A stretch of 32,000 nt of DNA from Mycolicibacterium smegmatis. Its GTDB lineage: Bacteria; Actinomycetota; Actinomycetes; Mycobacteriales; Mycobacteriaceae. The stretch is from positions 6,480,001 through 6,512,000 of the forward strand of contig NZ_LN831039.1 in assembly GCF_001457595.1 (NCBI RefSeq), in the 5' to 3' direction. The notes below the pieces were generated by a model that saw nothing but the letters and a program-made list of their open reading frames with translations, was not told the DNA's origin and ran no database searches. The position numbers and the translations under genes are program-made. Shown here piece by piece: positions 20,850-28,505 of this stretch. Each line of letters starts with the position of its first letter. Positions within the stretch are counted from its first letter, which is position 1.

Positions 20850-21668
20850 TCAGCCGGCCGTGACGATCTGGCGCAGTTCCGAGGCCTCACTGGAGGCGCT
20901 GTCGTAGACGCGCACGATGGCCTCGTCCCCCGGCTTGAGGTAGGTCGACTCGCCCAGCGGCGTGTACCGCGTCGCGCCGATGCCGATCAGCACGACCTCG
21001 GGGTGTCCGCTGGCCACCATCAGGGCGCCCACATCCTCCAGAGGCGTGTCGTCGGAACCCTTCTGGTTCGCCAGCCGCTCGACGATCCAGTCCAGCAGCA
21101 CCTCGCCGTAGTACGAGTAGCCCACCAGGGGTGAGTCGACGCCGTACGCGTGCTGCTGACCGCCGTCCTCGCGCAGGTAGCACACCAGACGCATGGTCGC
21201 GGTGGGGCCGTCCGGGGTCAGATCGCTGATCTCGAAGAACTGCGAGGCCACACCTTTCGACGCCGGTCCCCAGTTCTTCTTGTGGCTGATCTTGGGTGCG
21301 CCGGGCCTGCGGATCGAGCAGTCGTTGAAGGCACCGAGCGCGAACGGCTCGAGCCGGGCCACCGTGTCGCCGTTCCACACCACCTGGCAGGCCACGCCCA
21401 CCTCGGGTTCGATCTGCAGGTTGAGCGGCCCCTGGAACTCCTCGGAGGCCTCGGGCAGTTTGATGCTCTCACTCGACAGCGGGAACTCGCCGAGGAAGTC
21501 GTCACGGCCGGGGGCGTACCACGGGAAGATGCCCTTGGGCGCGTATCCCTCGGTCACCACCTTGGTGAAATCGCTTGCCTCGCCTGCCTGTTCGAGGTGG
21601 CCGGCGAAGTTGCCCGCGACGCCGAACCCGAACCAGTTCCGCGCTTCGGTGAGGTCGATGTCGATCAT
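20850..21668 (-). CDS. Conserved hypothetical protein (272 aa), translationally coupled downstream of serS
   Basis: ATG 21668 ([30 protein letters not shown]) forms an ATGA overlap with the serS stop (21665-21667). The track start at 21767 lies inside serS. The C-terminal segment [32 protein letters not shown] is loosely reminiscent of the FAH-fold C-terminus. I do not recognise a firm family. Confidence 0.7.
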   Translation of the reverse strand: MIDIDLTEARNWFGFGVAGNFAGHLEQAGEASDFTKVVTEGYAPKGIFPWYAPGRDDFLGEFPLSSESIKLPEASEEFQGPLNLQIEPEVGVACQVVWNGDTVARLEPFALGAFNDCSIRRPGAPKISHKKNWGPASKGVASQFFEISDLTPDGPTATMRLVCYLREDGGQQHAYGVDSPLVGYSYYGEVLLDWIVERLANQKGSDDTPLEDVGALMVASGHPEVVLIGIGATRYTPLGESTYLKPGDEAIVRVYDSASSEASELRQIVTAG

Positions 21669-22918
21669 GGCTCGAGCACTTCCGTTCTGACGTAGGGCAC
21701 AAGGGCAGCGGGCACGCGCACGCTGCCGTCGGGCTGCTGATGGTTCTCCAGGATCGCGACCAGCCACCGTGTGGTGGCGAGCGTGCCGTTGAGGGTCGCG
21801 GCAATCTGCGGTTTGCCGTTGTCGTCGCGGTAGCGCGTGGACAACCGGCGCGCCTGGAACGTCGTACAGTTCGACGTCGACGTGAGCTCACGGTAGGTCT
21901 GCTGCGTCGGCACCCACGCCTCGCAGTCGTACTTGCGCGCGGCCGACGATCCGAGATCGCCTGCGGCGACGTCGATCACGCGGTACGGCACCTCGATCGC
22001 GGCCAGCATCTCGCGCTGCCAGCCCAGCAACCGCTGGTGCTCGGCCTCGGCGTCCTCGGGCTTGCAGTAGATGAAGCCCTCGACCTTGTCGAACTGGTGT
22101 ACGCGGATGATGCCGCGCGTGTCCTTGCCGTAGCTGCCCGCCTCGCGGCGGAAGCACGACGACCACCCGGCGTAGCGGCGCGGTCCCGCGGACAGGTCGA
22201 GGATCTCGTCGGCGTGGTAACCGGCCAGCGGCACCTCCGAGGTCCCGACGAGGTACATGTCGTCGGCCTCGAGCCGGTACACCTCGTCGGCGTGCGCGCC
22301 GAGAAACCCGGTGCCGCGCATCACCTCGGGACGCACCAGCACGGGCGGGATCATGAGCGTGAACCCGTTCTGGACGGCCACCTGCGTGGCGAGCTGAAGC
22401 AGCCCGAGCTGAAGCAGCGCACCGGCACCGGTCAAGAAGTAGAACCGCGAACCCGACACCTTGGCGCCGCGTTCCATGTCGATCAGGCCGAGCGACTCAC
22501 CGAGCTCCAGGTGGTCTTTGGGGTTCTCGATGGCCCGCGGTTCACCCACGGTGTCGAGCACCACGAAGTCGTCCTCGCCGCCCGCGGGCACGCCTTCGAT
22601 GATCACGTTGCTGATCGCCATGTGCGCGGCCGTGAACGCCTGTTCGGCCTCGGCCTGCGCGGCCTCGGCGGCCTTGACCTGCTCGGCGAGGTCCTTGGCC
22701 CGCTGCAGCAGGGCCGGGCGCTCGTCCGGGGACGCCTTGCCGACGAGCTTGCTCGCGGCCTTCTGCTCGGCCCGCAGATTGTCGGCGGCCGACACCGCCG
22801 AGCGGCGTGCCGTATCGGCGGCCAGCAGCGCGTCCACAAGCGCCGGGTCCTCGCCGCGGGCGCGTTGTGACGCGCGGACGATGTCGGGATTCTCGCGCAG
22901 CAGCCTGAGGTCGATCAC
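21665..22918 (-). CDS. serS: Seryl-tRNA synthetase
   Basis: 417-aa ORF with a GTG start at 22918, beginning [24 protein letters not shown]. It has an N-terminal coiled-coil arm and class II motifs ([25 protein letters not shown]; GTLATTRW). Confidence 0.95.
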   Translation of the reverse strand: MIDLRLLRENPDIVRASQRARGEDPALVDALLAADTARRSAVSAADNLRAEQKAASKLVGKASPDERPALLQRAKDLAEQVKAAEAAQAEAEQAFTAAHMAISNVIIEGVPAGGEDDFVVLDTVGEPRAIENPKDHLELGESLGLIDMERGAKVSGSRFYFLTGAGALLQLGLLQLATQVAVQNGFTLMIPPVLVRPEVMRGTGFLGAHADEVYRLEADDMYLVGTSEVPLAGYHADEILDLSAGPRRYAGWSSCFRREAGSYGKDTRGIIRVHQFDKVEGFIYCKPEDAEAEHQRLLGWQREMLAAIEVPYRVIDVAAGDLGSSAARKYDCEAWVPTQQTYRELTSTSNCTTFQARRLSTRYRDDNGKPQIAATLNGTLATTRWLVAILENHQQPDGSVRVPAALVPYVRTEVLEP

Positions 22919-22925
22919 GGGCGCA

Positions 22926-22931
22926 ACCCTA
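22926..22931 (-). promoter_or_regulatory. Candidate -10 (TAGGGT on the minus strand) 7 nt upstream of the serS GTG, suggesting a leaderless start
   Basis: The minus strand reads aaagTAGGGTtgcgcccGTG, with no SD. Inference only. Confidence 0.3.
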
Positions 22932-23043
22932 CTTTTGGCGCGGCGGTACGTACATTCCAGGTGCGGGGAGCGTCAGCGGCCGCATCGGGAGCGTGTCCGG
23001 CCGGCCGCAAGCACAACCTCGTAACGTTACAACCGCATCAGTT

Positions 23044-23070
23044 GTCACAGCGCCTGACACGCCTGTCACA
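23044..23070 (+). promoter_or_regulatory. Three direct repeats at ~10-11 bp spacing: GTCACAGCG / TGACACGCC / GTCACAATG (MtrA-box-like)
   Basis: Read directly, immediately upstream of ATG 23071. The first unit equals the GTCACAgcg motif that I recall was reported for M. tuberculosis MtrA targets. Confidence 0.4.
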
Positions 23071-24528
23071 ATGGAGCGGATGTTGGAGGCACCCGAGCAC
23101 CCAGACCAGCTTCCCGATCAGCGCGAACGGAAGGGGCGGTTCTGGATCAGCCTGCACGCCGCGTCGACGCGGCGTGCGCTGCTGTTGACCGCTCTCGGCG
23201 GCCTGCTCATCGCGGGCCTGATCACCGCGCTGCCCCGCAGTGAGGGCGCGAACAACACGCTCAGCGCCGGTGCCATCGCGCTCGGCCCGCGCGGCAACGA
23301 GACCTTCAACCACGTCAAGGACGGCGACTGCCTGAACTGGCCGGGGCGCAACCCCGACGCGGCCCGCATCGTCGACTGCGGCGAGAACCACCGCTTCGAG
23401 GTCGCCGCGGCGATCGACATGCGCACGTTCCCCGGCAGCGAGTACGGCCCCAGCGCCCCGCCGCCGTCGATGGACCGCATCAAGCAGATCAGCCAGGAGC
23501 AGTGCACGCCCGCGCTGAAGTCCTACCTGGGGCCCAAGTTCGATCCCAACGGCAAGTTCACGATCGGCCTGCTGTGGTCGGGTGAGAAGGCGTGGAAGCA
23601 GTCGGGCGAGCGGCGCATGCTGTGCGGCCTGCAGTTGCTCGGCCCGGGCGACACCCAGCTGGAGTTCACGGGCAAGGTCGCCGATATCGATCAGTCCAAG
23701 GTCTGGCCTGCAGGCACATGCCTGGGCATCGACCCGGCCACCAACCAGCCCACCGACGTCCCGGTCGACTGTGCGGCACCGCACGCCATGGAGGTGACCG
23801 GTGCGGTCAACCTCGCCGAGAAGTTCCCCGGGCCGCTGCCTGCCGAGGACGACCAGGACGAGTTCATCAAGGACGCCTGCACCAAGCAGACCGATGCCTA
23901 TCTGGCGCCCGTGCAGCTGCGCAGCACGACGCTCGCGCTGAGCTACAGCACCATCTCGCTGCCGAGCTGGTCGGCGGGCAGCCGTCAGGTGTCGTGCAGC
24001 ATCGGCGCGACGCTGGGCAACGGCGGCTGGTCCACGCTGGTCAACACCGCCAAGGGCCCGCTGCTGATCAACGGTCAGCCGCCGGTGGCGCCGCCCGACA
24101 TCCCGGCCGAACGCCTCAACCTCGACCCCATCCCGCTGCCGGATGTGGCGGAGACGTCGTCCGGGTCGTCCAGCTCGTCCTCGTCGGGATCGTCGTCCTC
24201 GTCGGGTTCGTCGGGTACCTCGGGCTCGTCGTCGAGCTCGTCGTCGGGATCCTCGGGGTCGTCCGGGTCCTCCGGGTCGGCCGATCAGCACCTGCCTGCG
24301 CAGTCGACGGACACTCAGCAGGCACCCCAGTCGACCGATCCGGCGCAGCAGAACACGTTCAACCCGCCGCCGCCCGACGCCCCGGCCCCGCCGGCCGACC
24401 AAGCGGCTCCCGCTCCCGCACCCGCACCCGCTCCCGCTCCCGCTCCCGAGCAGGCTCCGCCCCCGCCGGGTCCGGTCGACGTCCCGCCGCCGCCCGGCGC
24501 GCCGGTGCCCCCGCCGCCGGGTCCGTGA
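23071..24528 (+). CDS. Membrane-anchored septum-formation-domain protein with Ser/Gly- and Pro/Ala-rich C-terminal tail (Rv3835 homolog)
   Basis: The start is placed at ATG 23071 (MERMLEAPEHPDQLPDQRERKGRFW). Codons from the track start (GTG 22993) to 23071 have only about 50% GC3, versus about 90% afterwards. One TM segment is ALLLTALGGLLIAGLITAL. There are two Cys-containing modules (DCLNWP..VDCGENHRFEVAA; CLGID..VDCAAPHAMEVTG). ATG 23080 is an alternative start. Confidence 0.8.
   Translation: MERMLEAPEHPDQLPDQRERKGRFWISLHAASTRRALLLTALGGLLIAGLITALPRSEGANNTLSAGAIALGPRGNETFNHVKDGDCLNWPGRNPDAARIVDCGENHRFEVAAAIDMRTFPGSEYGPSAPPPSMDRIKQISQEQCTPALKSYLGPKFDPNGKFTIGLLWSGEKAWKQSGERRMLCGLQLLGPGDTQLEFTGKVADIDQSKVWPAGTCLGIDPATNQPTDVPVDCAAPHAMEVTGAVNLAEKFPGPLPAEDDQDEFIKDACTKQTDAYLAPVQLRSTTLALSYSTISLPSWSAGSRQVSCSIGATLGNGGWSTLVNTAKGPLLINGQPPVAPPDIPAERLNLDPIPLPDVAETSSGSSSSSSSGSSSSSGSSGTSGSSSSSSSGSSGSSGSSGSADQHLPAQSTDTQQAPQSTDPAQQNTFNPPPPDAPAPPADQAAPAPAPAPAPAPAPEQAPPPPGPVDVPPPPGAPVPPPPGP
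24157..24279 (+). repeat. Imperfect TCG/TCC/GGN trinucleotide-rich tract encoding 41 residues composed only of Ser, Gly and one Thr
   Basis: Translation SSGSSSSSSSGSSSSSGSSGTSGSSSSSSSGSSGSSGSSGS. Confidence 0.8.
24406..24447 (+). repeat. Seven tandem hexanucleotide units GC(T/A)CCC encoding (AP)7
   Basis: gctccc gctccc gcaccc gcaccc gctccc gctccc gctccc, read directly. Confidence 0.85.
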
Positions 24529-24531
24529 CCC

Positions 24532-24882
24532 GTGGCCGTGCGGATGGACCCGCAACGGTTCGAGGAATTGGTGTCCGACGCGCTCGATCAGGTGCCACCC
24601 GAACTGGCTGCGGCGATCGACAACGTCGTGGTGCTCGTCGAGGACCGCAACCCCGACGAACCTGAGATCCTCGGGCTGTACCAGGGCGTGGCGCTGACCG
24701 AGCGGGACTCCTGGTACGCGGGCTCACTGCCCGACACCATCACGATCTACCGCGATGCCCTGCTCGACATCTGCGACACCGAGGACGACGTGATCGACGA
24801 GGTCGCGATCACCGTGATCCACGAGATCGCTCACCATTTCGGGATCGATGACGAGAGGCTCCACGAGTTGGGGTGGGGATGA
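24532..24882 (+). CDS. Minimal zinc metallopeptidase-like protein (HExxH; Rv3836 homolog)
   Basis: 116-aa ORF starting at GTG 24532, 4 nt after the upstream stop (alternative ATG 24544). It has VIHEIAHHFGIDDERLHELGW. Confidence 0.8.
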   Translation: MAVRMDPQRFEELVSDALDQVPPELAAAIDNVVVLVEDRNPDEPEILGLYQGVALTERDSWYAGSLPDTITIYRDALLDICDTEDDVIDEVAITVIHEIAHHFGIDDERLHELGWG

Positions 24883-25139
24883 GCGCTTCGGACACGAAAA
24901 CGCCCGCGCGGCAACCACGTTTTGTCGGCCCGCAGTGTTATGAACGGGACATGACGATCCAGTGCCGGGACTGTGTGGCCGGGCTGGAGCACTGCCACGG
25001 CACCCTGATCCACCATGTCCGGTACCGCGTCGAGTGCACAGACGACGGCTGCACCACCCCAGAGATAGCGCACACCTTCAGCATCGACTGCGAGACGGTC
25101 GGCTGCCTGTGCAGCGAGGACATCGCGATCGCGATCTAA
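24879..25139 (+). CDS. Cys-rich mini-protein (86 aa from ATG 24879, or 62 aa from ATG 24951)
   Basis: ATG 24879 forms an ATGA overlap with the metallopeptidase stop (24880-24882). From 24951 (MTIQCRDCVAGLEHCHGTLIHHVRYRVECTDDGCTTPEIAHTFSIDCETVGCLCSEDIAIAI) GC3 is very high. The first 24 codons have much lower GC3, so the shorter form is at least as likely. Confidence 0.55.
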   Translation: MSASDTKTPARQPRFVGPQCYERDMTIQCRDCVAGLEHCHGTLIHHVRYRVECTDDGCTTPEIAHTFSIDCETVGCLCSEDIAIAI

Positions 25140-25822
25140 CCCATCGGGTCTTTCGACGTCAGCGCGTCGGTGACGGGCTGGACGTCGGGTTCGGGATGGA
25201 ACGGCGGGGTGAGCGTCGCCCAGCGCACGCAACTCCACCGCCCGTCGGTGGTGGGCGTGAGGATCACCGATTCGGTGTTGGCCAGGTGGTGTTCCAGCGC
25301 GAAGCTGCCGTCGACGCCCGCGAGCACCGCGGCCACCAGCCGGATGGCCGCACCGTGGCTCACCAGCACGATGTCGCTGTCGAAGTCGTGGTCGTCGAGG
25401 TAGTTCAGCCGCAGATGGTCGACGACGGGCACGTAGCGGTCGAGCACGTCGACCGCGGACTCGCCGCCGGGCATCGGCACGTCGAGTTCACCTTGGTGCC
25501 AGCGTTGGTAGATGGCCTCGAACTGCGCGATCGCGGCGTCGTCGTTGCGGTCTTCGAGCTCGCCGACCTGAACCTCGTGCACGCCGTCGAACTCCTGCGG
25601 CGTCAGCCCGATCTCACCGGCGATACCGGATGCGGTCTGCGCGGCGCGGCGCGCCACCGAGTGCGCGACGAGCGCAGGCCGTTGCGGGAACGCGGTGACG
25701 ACCCGCCGGGCCTGATCGTGGCCCAGGTCGGTCAGTTCGGCGCCGGGGGGACGGGTGTCGAGGCGGCGGTCGACGTTGGCACGGGACTGCCCGTGTCGGA
25801 CAAGGACGAGACGGCCACTCAT
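25136..25822 (-). CDS. Histidine phosphatase superfamily (phosphoglycerate-mutase-like) protein, Rv3837c homolog
   Basis: ATG 25822 (MSGRLVLVRHGQSRANVD; RHG motif) forms an ATGA overlap with the pheA stop. The second His motif is VLVSHGAAIR. It is 228 aa. The track ORF extends 40 codons into pheA. Confidence 0.85.
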   Translation of the reverse strand: MSGRLVLVRHGQSRANVDRRLDTRPPGAELTDLGHDQARRVVTAFPQRPALVAHSVARRAAQTASGIAGEIGLTPQEFDGVHEVQVGELEDRNDDAAIAQFEAIYQRWHQGELDVPMPGGESAVDVLDRYVPVVDHLRLNYLDDHDFDSDIVLVSHGAAIRLVAAVLAGVDGSFALEHHLANTESVILTPTTDGRWSCVRWATLTPPFHPEPDVQPVTDALTSKDPMG

Positions 25823-26751
25823 GCGCCACCCGATCCGGCCCGCAGGCCTTCGAGCCATGTGGTGGCCTCGTCCAGACGGGGCGGCGGCGCGCCCGCGGCC
25901 GATTCCGTCGGCCATGAACCCAGATATCGCACATCTACACAACGTCGGTGGAGCGCTTTGAGTGCCTCGGCCACCGGATCGTCGTCGATGTGCCCGGCAC
26001 AGTCGAGGAAGAACATGTAGGTGCCCAACTCGGTTCTGGTCGGGCGGGATTCGATGCGGGTCAGGTCGATGTCGCGGATCGAGAACTCGGTCATGGCCGA
26101 GACCAGGGCACCCGGTTCGTTGACCAGCCGCAACACCACGGCGGTGCGATCGGCGCCGGTGGCCGGTGGCGGGGTCCCAGGAAGACCCACGAGCACGAAC
26201 CGTGTGCGGGCGTTGGGTTCGTCGACGACGTCGGCGGCCATGATGTCGAGTCCGCAGCGCTCAGCGGCCAACCGTGTGCTCACACCGGCATCGGCCCTGC
26301 CCTCGGCCACGTCATGGGCCGCAGCGGCGTTCGAGTGGGCCGGAACCACCTCCGCGTCGCGGAGGTTGGCCGCGAGCCAGTGGCGCACCTGCGCGGCGGC
26401 GACGGGGAAAGCCGCGACGGTGCGCACCGGCCCGTCGTGTCCGGGTCGGACCACGATCGTGAAGGCGACGTCGAGGGTCAGTTCGGCGTAGATCTGCAGC
26501 GGGCTGCCGGCCGCGAGGCTGTCGAGCGTGGGCAGCACCGTGCCGTCGATCGAGTTCTCGATCGGCACGCACGCATAGTCGGCACGGCCTTCACGGACGG
26601 CGCTGAGCGCTCCGGGTGTGCTGTCGGTCCGGACCGGGGTGAATCCGGCTGCGTCCTCGGCCGGGCCCGGGACCATGCTCTTGGCCACCATCTGCAGCAA
26701 TGCCGCTTCGGTGAAGGTTCCCTCTGGTCCCAGGTATGCGATGCGCGGCAC
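25819..26751 (-). CDS. pheA: Prephenate dehydratase
   Basis: Starts PRIAYLGPEGTFTEAALLQM, with YACVPIENSIDGTV, TRFVLV and the ACT domain IDLTRIESRPT. The start is placed at GTG 26751, matching my recollection of the M. tuberculosis N-terminus MVRIAYLGPEG. Alternatives are ATG 26775 and the track start at 26832. Confidence 0.88.
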   Translation of the reverse strand: MPRIAYLGPEGTFTEAALLQMVAKSMVPGPAEDAAGFTPVRTDSTPGALSAVREGRADYACVPIENSIDGTVLPTLDSLAAGSPLQIYAELTLDVAFTIVVRPGHDGPVRTVAAFPVAAAQVRHWLAANLRDAEVVPAHSNAAAAHDVAEGRADAGVSTRLAAERCGLDIMAADVVDEPNARTRFVLVGLPGTPPPATGADRTAVVLRLVNEPGALVSAMTEFSIRDIDLTRIESRPTRTELGTYMFFLDCAGHIDDDPVAEALKALHRRCVDVRYLGSWPTESAAGAPPPRLDEATTWLEGLRAGSGGA

Positions 26752-26836
26752 GTTGCCAACCCTATCCGGTCGCATGGCCGGTTCCTGGCGGTGAACGCGC
26801 GCCTCGGTACGCCTTGCGCAGTCTTCGATCATGCAG

Positions 26837-26855
26837 TTAAGTTAGGCTTACCTCA
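26837..26855 (+). promoter_or_regulatory. IdeR iron box TTAAGTTAGGCTTACCTCA
   Basis: Matches 17 of 19 positions of the consensus TWAGGTWAGSCTWACCTWA. It lies 25-43 nt upstream of ATG 26880 and overlaps TANNNT hexamers (TAAGTT, TAGGCT). A second register at 26842..26860 matches 14 of 19. Confidence 0.65.
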
Positions 26856-26879
26856 CCTAAGGATGGAAGGCGGCGAGAC

Positions 26880-27665
26880 ATGGCAGTAGCGGCACCGACG
26901 ACGGCCGAGCGGATCCGTAGCGCATGCGCCCGTGGCGGCGGTGCGATGCTCGCCGTCGAGGGCATCGAGCCGTTGGCGACGCCCGTGCACCACCTGCTGC
27001 AAGACGGCTCGTTCGCCATCACCGTCCCCGAGAACGGGCCACTCGTCGGCACGGTGGTGTCGTCGGGTTCGGCAGGTGTCCAGGCCGTGCTGGAGATGAC
27101 CGACTACGCGCCGCTGCCGCTGCGCGAACCGGTGCGTTCGCTGGTGTGGATCCGGGGCCGCCTGCAACACGTGCCCAACGGCGAGGTGGCCGACCTGCTG
27201 GATCTGGTGGCCACCGAGAACCCGAATCCCGCACTGCTGCAGGTCAACTCGTCACCCATCGATGACGCCGACGACACCTACGCGCTGCTGCGCCTGGAGA
27301 TCGAGTCGATCGTCGTCGCCGATTCCACCGGCGCCGAGTCCGTCACCGTCGGCGCACTGCTGGCCGCCCGGCCCGATCCGTTCTGCGCCATGGAGTCCAG
27401 CTGGCTGCAGCACATGGAATCGGCGCACCGCGACGTGGTCGACCGGCTCGCGACACGCCTGCCCGTCGCCCTGCGTCAGGGCCGGGTCCGCCCGCTCGGC
27501 CTCGACCGCTACGGCGTACAACTACGCGTCGAGAACGAGAACGGCGACCACGACGTGCGGCTGCCATTCCCCGCGCCCGTCGACGACGTGCCGGGATTGA
27601 GCAAGGCGATCCGCGTCCTCATGGGCTGCCCCTTCCTCAACGGCCTGCGCGCCCGCCGCCTCTGA
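26880..27665 (+). CDS. DUF2470-type (heme/iron-utilisation related, PNPOx-like fold) protein, Rv3839 homolog
   Basis: 261-aa ORF with SD ggaagg before the ATG. It starts MAVAAPTTAERIRSACARGGGAMLAVEG. Its position next to pheA matches M. tuberculosis. The family call is from recollection. Confidence 0.75.
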   Translation: MAVAAPTTAERIRSACARGGGAMLAVEGIEPLATPVHHLLQDGSFAITVPENGPLVGTVVSSGSAGVQAVLEMTDYAPLPLREPVRSLVWIRGRLQHVPNGEVADLLDLVATENPNPALLQVNSSPIDDADDTYALLRLEIESIVVADSTGAESVTVGALLAARPDPFCAMESSWLQHMESAHRDVVDRLATRLPVALRQGRVRPLGLDRYGVQLRVENENGDHDVRLPFPAPVDDVPGLSKAIRVLMGCPFLNGLRARRL

Positions 27666-27667
27666 CG

Positions 27668-27684
27668 CCCGCCGGTCAGGCGGG
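27668..27684 (+). terminator. Short all-GC hairpin CCCGCC-ggtca-GGCGGG between the DUF2470 and CPBP genes
   Basis: 6-bp stem 3 nt after the stop, with no T-run. It may be only a partial attenuator or nothing. Confidence 0.25.
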
Positions 27685-27702
27685 ACCGCTACGGTAGCTC
27701 CG

Positions 27703-28485
27703 GTGACCGGCCCTCTCGAGCACCGCGAGCACAGCGAGCACCGCCAACCGTCACGCCGCACGATCAAGATCGAGATCGTCGTCGTCCTGGCGGTGACGTT
27801 CGGGCTCAGTGCGTACACCGCGCTGCTGCGGCTGATCGAGGCTGTGCTGCTCGGACTGTCCGGCCAAACCGTCGCGCTCAACCCGCGCCGGTCCCCGTTC
27901 GACCTCATCGACCTCGGCCTGCACCTCGCGGGCGTCTTCAATCTGCTGGCTTGGGGTGCGCTGGCCCTGTACCTGTTGTGGCGCAGCGGAATCGGCCCCA
28001 AGGCCATCGGCCTGGGCCGCCCGCAGGCGCGCGCCGACGGCCTCGGCGGCCTCGCCCTCGCCGCGCTGATCGGGTTACCCGGGCTCGGGTTCTACGTCGT
28101 GGCCCGCATCCTGGGCCTGAGTGCCGACGTCGAACCCGCCGAGTTGTACGACACGTGGTGGCGCATCCCGGTGCTGCTCGGCTCGGCCTTTGCCAACGGG
28201 TGGGCCGAGGAGATCATCGTCGTGGGTTTCCTGCTCACCCGCCTGCGCCAACTCGACATCAGCCCCACGCGGGCGCTGGTGCTCTCGGCGCTGCTGCGCG
28301 GGGCCTACCACCTCTACCAGGGTTACAGCGCGGGCCTGGGCAATCTGGTGATGGGCCTGGTGTTCGGCTACGCGTGGCAGCGCACCGGGCGGCTGTGGCC
28401 GCTGATCATCGCCCACACCCTGATCGACGCGGTCGCGTTCGTCGGGTATGCCCTGTTGGCGCAACATCTCGGCTGGTTGCGGTAG
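27703..28485 (+). CDS. CPBP-family intramembrane glutamic endopeptidase (CAAX protease/Abi family)
   Basis: 260-aa polytopic ORF (GTG start) with the motifs NGWAEEIIVVGFLLTRL (EExxxR), LRGAYHLYQG and IIAHTLIDAVAF. Confidence 0.8.
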   Translation: MTGPLEHREHSEHRQPSRRTIKIEIVVVLAVTFGLSAYTALLRLIEAVLLGLSGQTVALNPRRSPFDLIDLGLHLAGVFNLLAWGALALYLLWRSGIGPKAIGLGRPQARADGLGGLALAALIGLPGLGFYVVARILGLSADVEPAELYDTWWRIPVLLGSAFANGWAEEIIVVGFLLTRLRQLDISPTRALVLSALLRGAYHLYQGYSAGLGNLVMGLVFGYAWQRTGRLWPLIIAHTLIDAVAFVGYALLAQHLGWLR

Positions 28486-28505
28486 CCGCCACGTACATTG
28501 CTGAG

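Noticed and set aside
22993-23070. Track start (GTG 22993) for the septum-formation-domain gene
   Set aside because: The 26 codons before ATG 23071 have only about 50% third-position GC, versus about 90% afterwards. They also contain the palindrome and direct repeats expected of non-coding control DNA.
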